From Basidioascus undulatus (taxonomy: Eukaryota): a DNA stretch of 32,163 nt. Shown here piece after piece: positions 21,101 through 31,057 of the stretch; positions within the stretch are counted from its first letter, which is position 1, and each line of letters starts with the position of its first letter. Location: contig JTLS01000094.1 of the NCBI GenBank assembly GCA_000826855.1, forward strand, positions 1-32,163. The letters are read 5' to 3'. The translations under genes were made by a program, and so were the position numbers. The notes below the pieces were generated by a model, which was not told the DNA's origin, searched no databases, and worked only from the letters and a program-made list of their open reading frames with translations.

Positions 21101-22632
21101 GGTGACGAGGTGACGGTGAGTGACCTGCACGTAACAGCCTGTTGCTGTCGGCGCTGAGCGCTCCCTGCCATGCAGAGCCGCGTGACCATTGCGACAGCAC
21201 ACGCTGCAAAAGGTCTGGAGTGGCCGGTGGTGTTCGTCCCTGCCGGTACCATAGGCACGATTCCCTTCCCTAAGGCGACTGGTTGCTCATGCTAGTTCGG
21301 CCGCGCAGTCGAAAAGGGGACGTTCCCGTTCTATCGCTGCACGACGGAACATCAGATTGCAGAAGAGCGGTGTGTCTTTCCCTCGCCTAAGCCCCCACAT
21401 TTTCTTCCTCCTCTGAACAGCGCTCTTCAGTCGACTTCTCTACGTTGCCATGACGCGCGCACAGGGCTTGTTGTACATGACACATTGCAAGGTCCGCATG
21501 CCCGGTGGTGAGTCATGCCATCTGCCGGCGGGCAACGGCAGGTTCAATCGAAAGCTGACATGCAATAATATCAGGCGAGGATAAGCCCCAGGAACTCAGC
21601 GAGTTTTTGATACCCTTGTCCAAGACGACGGTATGTGCCCGGATTTGTTCCAGGACCTCTTTGATCGCTGAGGTGAAACTCATCCGTAGAAATACTTCGT
21701 CACCGCCCCGCCAACGTTCACGCCCGAATCTCGAAAAACGCTGGCCGGCGTCATTGGACGGGAGCCGATCGACGAGGGCGTGGTCGCAGAGATGATTGCC
21801 GATTTGTGAGTGCTATGTTCGCCAACTTTCCGCGCGGCTGAATCCCGCTAACGCCACCCTTCATTTAAGCGACTCAAACGTACCGCCGTGGAACGACGCG
21901 GAATGGGAGCCGAGCGATGATGTCCCGCCCGCTTCCCATGGCGGGAGTCGGTTGGGGCGGCCGCTGTCCCGGAGCAACAGCTGGAACAGTTCGTCGCTGT
22001 CAGGCTCCGGTAGCGGCAACGGTTTTTCTTTCTCGCAGAGGAGCAGTAAACCAACGCAACCTCCGCCCGGAGCGCCGATGGGCTTTGTCTCGGCATCGAC
22101 CGGCTTCGGCAACGCGTTCGCGGCGTACCGAGCTCAGAAGCGAGCACAGGCGGCCGCCTCCGGGAGCAGCTCGCGCGCACCAAACGCTTCGTCCTCTATA
22201 TCGCGCACCTCCTCTTCGTCATCAACACCGTCCTCTTCAGCACTTTCAGCTACCACCCTGCCCCCGTCGCTTTCTTCTTCGTCTCTCCCTCCCCCCAGGC
22301 CAGCTTCCATCTTCAAACCGTCCAACTCCACCTTCGCCGCACCCTCCACCACCGCTTCGCCTCAACAGCTCCCTAGCCACCCTGCCCACACCGCCCACCC
22401 TTTCCTGAAGGCCGTCTCTCTTCCCCCGCCGCGCGCCCCTCAACCGACCGTCAACAGCTTCCAGGCCGCCAACAAGTCCGCGATCGACACCTTTAAGAAC
22501 CTCGGCCCCAGCGATGCCGCCGCCGCCACGACTTCGCAGCCGAAGGGCGCTGTGCAGCTGGCGAGCGGGACTCGCAGGTTGGGCATGCGCGCGGGTGGAC
22601 CCGCTCCGAAGAAGAGGAAGAGCGAGCCATGA
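18168..22632 (+). CDS. SRS2: UvrD/PcrA/Rep-family SF1A 3'-5' DNA helicase, Srs2-like (~1017 aa) with Ser/Pro-rich tail and C-terminal NLS
   Basis: Twenty-four exons splice to an open 3054-nt frame (first 18168-18243, last 21870-22632). Motifs: Q-motif LNAAQ, I LAGPGSGKTRVL, Ia VTFTNKAAREM, GTFHA, DFDDLL, II LLVDEFQD, III IVGDPDQSIYGWRAA, IV LEENYRST, AILLRYN, NTPKRGIG, V TAHAAKGLEWPVVF, VI EERRLLYVAMTRAQ. Ends PKKRKSEP*. Orthology to Srs2 is inferred from family plus nuclear signal. Confidence 0.93.
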
Positions 22633-22850
22633 CGGTGGTGTTGTATTCCCTTTAGCGTACCCTTTTTCCGATTTGCCTTTCGTGTTTTCCTTTCGTGGGT
22701 GTCCGTGGATTCACCCCGTGCCCGCCCAGGATTCGAATAGACACATGCCGTGCACTTCATATGATGCCCCCTCAAGATGCATGTTCCTTCCAATCACGAT
22801 CTGCAGTGACTGCATGTCCGTCCACCTTCTTCCCTGCCCGTCCGTTCCTC

Positions 22851-23846
22851 TCACAGGTCGCCCGGTCCATCTGACACGATGTCGCACTCCGGCATCGGCG
22901 GAGGCAAGGGCTCGTATCTGGGCAGCCACTCTTCGAAGGGGACAAGCCGAACCCACATCGGAGTAGGTGGCACGTCTGGCGCTGGCTGCCGGCCTGGCTT
23001 ATAATACTCTTTGAGAACTCTCGGAACATCGAGCCGTGGAAAACCTGCACAAATGTCAGTCGGAAAGTATAGTGCGTCGTGTGTATTTGAGCTCACCCTG
23101 GTGCGCGTCTTCGAAGTTGCGCGTTCTGAGGTTTGCTCCTTTCGGATAGTACGAAAGGCGCCGAAGTATGTCGGCATCGCTGCGGCACCCTGCTGCCCGC
23201 TCGTATTCCCAGTACAGGTTTCGGCAACCATCGAGCGCTGGAAGGGGAAGGGACCATCAGTATCGATGTAAAGAGCGTGATGAGCCAAGCGGGAAAAATG
23301 CACTGTCTGGGTCGCTCACAGCCAGTATTTAGTCTCGGTATTTTTCGATTGTGGAGGACGTGAAAGAATATGCATAGGTGTGAAGAAAAACGCACACAGT
23401 TGCCCGCACTCCTGATAAAGGTCGTGTAGTCCCTTGGCCATCTTCAACGCGCCTTCCAAGCAGAGCTCCTCGTCTGACGTGAGGGACTTGCGCGACCCCG
23501 TTGTCTGATCCTTCTGGCTTCTCAGAGATCTAATGCACATCCAAACTTGATACGAGAGCTGGCTGTAGAAGTTGAATCCCGGTCGAAGCGTCGCCCAGTC
23601 GATCGTTCGGTGCACCTGCTCGTCCTTTAATGTCCAGCCTGGCTCCGTTCCTCGCCGGAGGGGCTGAATCGGCGTGAGGGGTGCGTATGCCGGAGGAAAA
23701 TCTGACGGGGGTGATGATATTGACACGGTTGAATCGTCCGGCTCTCTGTGTGGGTACACGGATCGCGTCGCGGTTGGTGCGTGGAGGGATGAGAAGATTG
23801 CGTGCTCGAGATGCCACGAGGAGCCTGAGACGGTGAAAGAGGGCAT
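22851..23846 (-). CDS. Hypothetical spliced protein (~261 aa), no recognised family; contains a PPAY motif
   Basis: Exons 23846-23396, 23237-23097 and 23044-22851 total 786 nt in an open frame, with GTGCGT/GTGAGC donors and CTGAT/CTGAC branch sites. Splicing within 23395-23238 is ambiguous. Convergent with the helicase. Confidence 0.55.
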
Positions 23847-25199
23847 GATTGGTTGCGAGCGAGATGGCGTAGAGTCTGGTATGAAGCAGCGAGAGCCGGC
23901 ATTGACTTATATTCTGCCTGCACTGTCGATTTCGTCGTTGACTGAGCTGCGCCCGATGCGGGCACGTCCGCATGCGGGCTCAAACGCCAGCGGCAGCAAA
24001 TTCACCGCTGCGCAAGGAAGGGAGCACAGACTTGAAATGATGTAAAGAGGATAAGCTGGTCTTGAGTCGAAGGAGCATAGAGATAGCGGCCTCGGCAAGA
24101 CAAGTTGTCACTCTGGTCTCGCTCGACCGTCGCTAAAAAGGAGGCACTGGTTGGTTTTGTGCAAGGCACGTTTGGACAGGCTGCTACACTCTCACAAGTA
24201 TCTTGGGCAACCAAAAAAGCTGGCTAGCCCAACTCACCGCAAACATCCTATGGGTATCGTCGGTAATTGTACAGCCGATGTGCAAGTGCAACGTGAAGGG
24301 GGAGAGATAGATCGTGGGGCCTACGGCAAACTTTGCGGCGCAGTGGCTCTCAACGCGCCAGGATGGAAGTATTTCAGCAATCAGATACGCACGGTCCAGG
24401 ACCTTTAGACTTGCAAGACAGTAGGACAACGGAAAGCAACGCCGGGAAAACATTCGCGTCGGTGCCCAGAGGAAGGTTGAGAACAGGTGAAGGGAGTGCT
24501 TGTCGAGCTTTTTTACAGGCCCTTTTTGCGTAGGCCACAGGATCTGTGCATGTGCTGACGGCGTCGCGATGCCCCTTAAGTTGAGGGCATGAAAGCGCAG
24601 AAGTCCTGTCGAGTGGTGCGAGGGACCTCTGAGGCTTGCAATTTGGGTGATAAATCATGCACATAGGGGGTTTCAGTGCGATTGGTTGAAGCGGGTATAT
24701 TCTACGAACAAAAGCTGGATCGCAACTGCATCGCGATATCCTACCGTAGTTCCTGTGATTTCAGACTTTCTGCCATGTGCAGTCCGTTCGTTGTCAAGCA
24801 CTAACAATGGGGAACACATGAACGCGCCCCTACGCACGGCGCAACCTTGCGCAACCTGTGGCAGCAAAAGCCGTCGTTCGTATATTCTGTGGGGCTTGAC
24901 CCCGTTTTTGCTCGACTTGGAGACGCCCTGTCGAAGCCTATATTCCAGAACGTCTCCTCTCTTTCCTGTGAGGCTCCCCCCGGGTTAAGGTGGCTTTAAC
25001 CACATGGGGAGCTCCGGAATTGAGCGGTAATAACGACACTTGGTTTTAGCCGTGAAGTGCGGGGCGGGCGCCGTTGTGGCTGCTTAGGTTGACGGCGTGT
25101 CTTACCTGGCATATCACGGTTCGCTTGTCTCCTCCTAAAGATATTGCAAACCATCATTGACCCTTTTTGTTGGATTCTGTTCTCTATTGTTATGAAACA

Positions 25200-27060
25200 T
25201 TGATTTTTGGTATTGTTTGTCTTAGGATGTGACAGCCGCCTGACCTTCCAAGCTTGAGGAGACTGGTTTGAATGACGACTCGGATGGAGGTGATGCTCTC
25301 GCTGCTCGCAGTCCTTGACATCGATGTTCAGCTCCTTGAACCTATGGACGAATTTGGACGGGACATAGTCAAAGTGCCATTCGAGTAGTTTCGGAAGATT
25401 AATAAAATACAAACCTGTTTCAGGTCGGTCACAGACAAGCCTTTGCACTCAGTAGCACGCCAAGCGCCCGCAGCCCGTAGGTCCCTCCACGCCTGGAAGC
25501 AATGGCCTCAAGCAGCTAAGGTCTCCTTCACTCCCATGCACAAGCTCGCCATCTGGCAAGCTGCCATGAGTTGGGGTCTTTACGGATGCTGGCCCAGCTG
25601 GGGTGGAACACCTGTCATGGTAGCAGATCATTCCTGTTCGGACCTCTTATGTTCAATACGCTTTTTGAGACTCATCCACGAATGCGATGGTATCGCAGTC
25701 CATCCTGGATGCCCTCGACAGCATGGCACGTCCAGCCCCAGGCTCGTCTACTTCAAGCTGTCGTTCAAGTCAGTAAGCCGCTTCCCATTCCCGACGCATC
25801 ACCACTGATACCTCCTCTTTCCAGGTCCTTTCCCTGTTCAATTCCACTGAGATATCCTCCGCTTTCCCAGGATCTTCGACTACGCCCGTTGTCTCCCTGA
25901 AGCTGAGCAAGTTGACCTTCCATAACACCCCACTTGCGCAGTTTAATCTACACACAACCCCTCCCTGACCTTCCCGACTGTCCTGGCGGCGTACCCACTC
26001 TTCGAACAGGAGTGCCTGTCGCTCAGTGAGCTGGAGGACAGCCTCTCCCCGCAGGTGATGTAGGACCTCAAGAGGTGGTGTGTTGGTGAAGGCAGGGTGC
26101 GTACATCTGGATGGGATAGCCGCACCAATTGAATTATGCTTTGTAATGTTCAGTTATTGAGTCGCTGTGTAGCCAGAGAAGTAAGCGGCTGCCCTGGAAG
26201 TACACGTTGAACTGCATGCAAAGGCTCATCTTGAGCATGGAGCTTGAGAGTGTTGCGAGATTACTTAGGTGTTCCTCCCGGAGTAGTATGCACAAGCAGT
26301 CGTTCCCTGATCTACAGTTTGCAGCCCTAACGAGCCCACACCCTCAAGAGGCCTGCCCATCACCCAGTTTCTCTCACAGCAATCAGCACCTTACCTTCTG
26401 CTTATCTGACCTGCACACATTTTTCAGCACATCTCTCAGCTCTCAGCAGCTCCTTCCTTCTGTCTTTCTCCTGCGCCTGCAGCCAAAGCTATCAAAGGTC
26501 CCCATGCTGAGCATCTGTTAGAGCTCCCTGACCTCCTGCAAGGATATGTAGGTCGTCTGATCCGTAGTTCAGTAGGTTACGGGAAGAAAGCTTGAAGGAT
26601 ATTTGCTGCTTTTATGCTGCAGTGACGCTCAAAGTCTTTTATAACAGCTGAGGAAGTGCACGAAAAGGTGGAATGGGATGGATTCAGAGGAAATCAATTC
26701 CTGGCTCTCATTCCAGGAACCCTTACTTCCAGCAGCATTGATTGAGTTCAGAAGAGGACTCCTTCCCTGTCTACATTGCGGCCTAACGTGTGTACGGCGG
26801 AGTGTATTTGAATGCTGAGGCCTGCGCGCACTGCAGTAAAGATAAAAGCCGGATCCAGCGTGGCTTATTAAAGAGGCAGACAAGACATCATTTTTATGCA
26901 GAAAAGTGTGTATCGAACTGCCATGTTCACCGGAACAGCTTGGGACAGCTAACTCCAGTTATGCACTGTGGGTAGCAGCACCTCCAGCTAGCAGAGTTTG
27001 CCGGCTGACCTGACAGGCCTCGCGTTGGCTCGCATTGTGAGTAGAGGCTATCATGACGTT
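25200..27060 (-). other. CpG-depleted, stop-riddled relic (degraded repeat, transposon or gene); family not identifiable
   Basis: I count about 9 CpG in 26221-26760, against several per 60-bp line in the neighbouring genes, with abundant TG/CA. Minus-strand protein-like fragments are interrupted by stops (e.g. EVLHHLRGEAVLQLTERQALLFEEWVRRQ, GHCFQAWRDLRAAGAWRATECKGLSVTDLKQ plus a GT..AG intron-like segment). Boundaries are approximate. Confidence 0.4.
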
Positions 27061-27450
27061 TTAAAATAATGTGAATGGAGGCAAAGCTCCATTCTTTTTC
27101 TTTCCTCCGCGCCCGCCTAGTCAGGTTCCGCTGCGCACGCAGGCGCTGAGCACGCGCCCACGTTTGACTTAGCACTGCTCGTATGAGCTCAAATCCGAAA
27201 TGTCCTGGAGAACTCTAGCTTGATTGGTAGTATGCGTGAGTTGTAAACAGTGTGGTGAAAGCAGTTGAGAGCAGTTAATAGTCAAGTAAGTCAATGTCGG
27301 CCAGCCGTGGTTTTCATTCTGTGAGGTAAATCGAGCGACCAGCCGCTTGTGGACCCTGATAGTCTAGTCCCACACTCCGCCACCTTGCTTTCCATCATCC
27401 TTGCCGCTTCACTCATCCTAGACGCGTTTACACGCTCAAGTTCGCCAGCC

Positions 27451-28837
27451 ATGCCTATCGACGTGCGCCGTACAGCGCACCCAGCACGGCAGTCATTGCA
27501 AAATTAACGGGTAACGCGATGACCATCGTGGCGTTGCCGAATCATATTCCGCTGCCCAGCACCTGCGCGGGCATCATGGACTCCGCAACGCCCGGCGAAG
27601 GCTTCTGCGTCCACTCTATATATCCTGGCGGTTTCATCGTCGTTTTGGACTGCGCGCTGGTTCGATCGTCATCGGCTGCCCTGTTGAGGGTCTCAACGCC
27701 GAGGTCTTCGTACGCCTGAAGATGCTGCAATGCGAGCTTGCCGAGCCTCGGGAATTCGACGGAGTCGCCTTGAGAAGTCTATGTAGACAATCCCGGACTC
27801 GAAGAGACCTCCTTGAGCTTTTTGCACGAGACCGACGGGTATTTTCAGCAGGACATCCGGGCCTTGATGCCAAACGTCATGATCTCCTCCGTCGAGCTGA
27901 GCCACATTCCCCTCGAAGGAAGCGCCATATACGTAGACAAGGAGCCCTTCATCGTTCAGGTTCCTCTTGTCCCTGGAAGGCCGACACCTGGAGGAATTTA
28001 CTTCGCTCCAAATTGGGAGAGGGATGAGATCTACCTCCAGCGTGCTTTGATTTACCCGGTCAGCGTAGTGGCCCACCTGCAGGTCCAAGTCTTGCGGAGA
28101 ATCTACAAAAAAGCGCCTTCGGTTCCACTTTACTACGACCGCTCGGGATGCTGCGCCCCTCCACTGATAGACCATCTCGTTCGGCTCCTGCTGCGCTCAA
28201 AACGCTGGAAGGAATCTCGAGCTGGCTGCAAAGAGTGTTTGCTGTCATACCTGAATGTTCACGGCCTACAGCTGCCTGCGTGTCGAGTTATAGTCGTTGG
28301 ACTGCTCAGAGCTCACAGAGCACCAACACTTCCAGTCGCTATGTGAGATCTGCGGCGAGCCAAGAACAGCATGTGCGGGCGGTGCTGTGGCGCGGTATAT
28401 TGCTCTGCCGGCCATCAAAAGCAGGACTGGACAGTGCACAAGGCGGTTCGTGTTCTTTCTTCTAATACTGTCCATCTCAGCTGACGCAGATGAATCGCCC
28501 TATGGTGCAAGGCAAACCGAATGGTCTCCGCGCTTGAGACTCGCGAAGGGCGGACAAAGCTCGATATGCCATGCATGATGTACATATCTTTCCATCAAGC
28601 GTCTGCACCTTATGGGGGAAGGTTGAATGCTCAAATTCTAAGGCGCGCTGTCCAGCGCTGTCCTTGGCGCTCATGCCGCGACCAGCGCAACGACCGGAAA
28701 GAGAGCGAGAGGCGTGTGAAGCCTTCGAGAAGTTTGCGGGGGGTTTCAACGCTTCCGGTACCGGAGCCGGAGTGCGAGCCTGTTATGAGTGTGAGAGGGT
28801 TCGCTGCATGAAGGTGCCGGTGCAGTGCACAGTGTGA
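27451..28837 (+). pseudogene. Frameshifted gene, possibly F-box-like N-terminus with Cys-rich C-terminus
   Basis: Protein-like blocks alternate between frames: MPIDV / STAVIAKLTGNAMTIVAL / WRFHRRFGLRAGSIVIGCPVEGLNAEVFVRLKML / YVDNPGLEETSLSFLHETDGYFQQDIRALMPNV...VLRRIY / CEICGEPRTAC / VCTLWGKVEC...RCP...CYECERVRC. No simple intron set restores a single frame. Confidence 0.45.
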
Positions 28838-29359
28838 ATGTAAGGCGACGGTCCAGCACATCAAACGGGCGGGCCATGGGCGAGCGGTTCAGCGAAGAAA
28901 GAAACAATATAGAGGAGTGTTTGCAATGGGGAGGGAAAGACACATTTCATAAGCGCAAAATCGACCCAATATCGACCTGTTCAATCGTGCTCATCCCGGG
29001 AAATAACACTGAGGAAGGGACAATTGACCCGCCAGTCGCTAAGTAGCGACGACAAACGAAGGGTCTTGAACGGCTATCGGAGCGGTTGTGAATAACCACA
29101 AAGTATCTTTTCCGACTTGACATGTGGTTTCCTAATCTGAAACATATGCATGCAGAAGTCCCAATCGATGTACCGAAGGGATGCTGCCGCTGTGGCTACC
29201 CTGTAACCCGTTGATGAGCATCTGAAACACAGCTTCGCAAAGTTTTTGCCCGTCAGGCCTCCGTTTCATTCAACCACTTCTCAATCCCGACGTCCTTCAC
29301 CTCCTAAAGTGTACGGTCCAGAAGACTAGTCCTCAGGTTGGCCCTTCCAGCCGGAGGCG

Positions 29360-30052
29360 TCAGAGACGAGTGTGGCCAAACTGTGACGTCCAAATGGCCC
29401 CCTTTAACTTTATGGTAGAAAGCCTCCAGCTCGGCACGCGGTGAGGGTTCCACGACCGTGTGAATATAACGCGCTTCAGACGCGGCAGCTCAAGAAGAAT
29501 CGCGGCGATATCGACTGGGTTCGAGTAGGCAGATAAAGCGAAGACGAATGTGGTGAGTTCTTGAAATCTCGCGAGGCCACGCAAACACTCCTCGTCGAAA
29601 GTGCCACTAGCGCGAGCTCTTAAAGACCGAGTTATCCCAAGCGTTTGAACAGATCTTGCTCCAACTGTTCCCTGACCTGTAAGGGAGGTAGTCGGTGCAG
29701 TCGGGCGAAGTGACGGACTGGCTGTATCTATCGAGTGCATCAAGGCCTGCAGCTCGGTTCTCGAGCGAGCTTCGCCGAAGCCACCATCGCATTGCTGCGT
29801 AGAATCCCAGAGCGCGAGAGACTTTGTGTAGACTCGACAAGAGGGCGAAGCGAACGTCTCCAGCAATCGCGCTCTGATCGAGTGGTGCTGTGCAGATGAG
29901 GGAGGGTGATCCGCCTGAACAGAGACGAGCATGAGCGCCACGAGATCGTTGAGGACGTTGCGAGGGTAGCCATAAGCGAGAGGACTCTGAGCCGGCTCAG
30001 CCACGAAGGAAATGATTTGATCGAAGGTCTCAATTGGGAGCTGGGGAAGCAT
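29360..30052 (-). pseudogene. F-box/LRR-like gene, probably pseudogenised (paralog of 7678-8525)
   Basis: ATG 30052 gives MLPQLPIETFDQIISFVAEPAQSPLAYGYPRNVLNDLVALMLVS. The expected continuation FRRITLPHLHST is in another frame (about 29919-29884), after which the original frame resumes. LRR-like segments GLARFQELTTFVF and ILLELPRLKRVIF follow. The 3' end degenerates into stops. Confidence 0.6.
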
Positions 30053-30491
30053 TGCGCTGAGGTGCGGGTGGAATAATGCAGGGGTGGTACGGCTGAGGGT
30101 GTGTAAGCGAGCGATGATGAACGTAGGGGCCGCGTTCTCCGTCACCACTCGAAAATGGCTCTTCGGCGGACTCCGCGGAGCGACGTTGTCAAACAGCGCC
30201 TGCGGCGCAACATGTCTTGAACTCAGATACAGTCATCTGAAAGCCTTTCGAAACTTCTTAGAGGAATCAAGATTATTTTTGCTGGCACTGCGATCTTGAA
30301 GCGACTCCAGCTGGCAGTCCGCAGCTGCAGGGGCACGGCAGGTCACTGACAGATAGCTTCTTCTCGCGGGCAAGCCACCTTGCAGGTAATGTCTTTACGG
30401 GAGAGACACTTTAGCCAATAGAGAGAATGTGGAAAGTGCATGAACGGTCCGCCGTGAGAGCTTTTGAAGCTTGAGGCAAATGGGAAAGATT

Positions 30492-31057
30492 CTAATCGCG
30501 GCGGCGCTTCGCCTTCATCACCTTCCGCATCGTCTCCAGCTCCTCTGGGATCTCCACCATCTTTGGCCTAGCCTCGTATCACGCGCCGGCGTTCGCCACA
30601 TGTCCCCGGTGCCGCTTTCTCCGGACAGAGGCCCTCGTTCTGGTCAGCAACGACAGCTCCCGTTCTCTGAACCACGACGGAGGACAGAATGGAAGAGAGG
30701 GAGAGGGGGGAGTTTCGGGGGCAAGAGAAGTTATTGAGGGGTTTTAACTGAAGGACTGTGTCCGTTACGGGGTTGTAGATACAGACATGAGCGCCGGGAG
30801 TGTCGGGAGTCTCGTCTGGTGTGTTGGGGTAATAGCAGTAGAAGCCACGTCCTGGCCATCTAATCCAACACCCACCGGGGATTAACCACTCACAAGCCTT
30901 CAGAAAGTCTGCAACTAGAAAATCCGGCGCACATTTCCCCGAGGACAGCGCGTAGCCGGCGGTATCTTGTTCAGGGCAGACGGGGAGAGACGCGAGGAGC
31001 GACCGAGGCCGATGCAAAGCCGCAGAGGAGGAATAAAGGGAGAATGACGGAGAGCAT
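30492..31057 (-). pseudogene. Small secreted Cys-rich protein gene with frameshifts
   Basis: ATG 31057 gives a signal-peptide-like MLSVILPLFLLCGFASASVAPR. The frame shifts near 30990 into SLPVCPEQDTAGYAL...FYCYYP...HVCIYNP/(intron-like GTAACG...TTCAG)/RTGAVVADQNEGLCPEKA. A basic tail, ARPKMVEIPEELETMRKVMKAKRRRD*, lies in yet another frame ending at 30492. Confidence 0.6.

Noticed and set aside
16061..22632. Idea of a horizontally acquired bacterial Hen1/UvrD defence operon
   Set aside because: Both genes are heavily spliced (8 and 23 introns), the helicase has an NLS, there is no Pnkp, and both families are ordinary fungal genes.
22720..22740. Minus-strand TTCGAATCC resembling a tRNA 3' half
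   Set aside because: No T-stem pairing or upstream D/anticodon arms.
24002..24990. Short ORFs on both strands
   Set aside because: No coherent exon chain or recognisable motif.
27164..27294. 8-bp inverted repeat TTGACTTA...TAAGTCAA (MITE-like)
   Set aside because: Too short, no target-site duplication and no second copy seen in the window.
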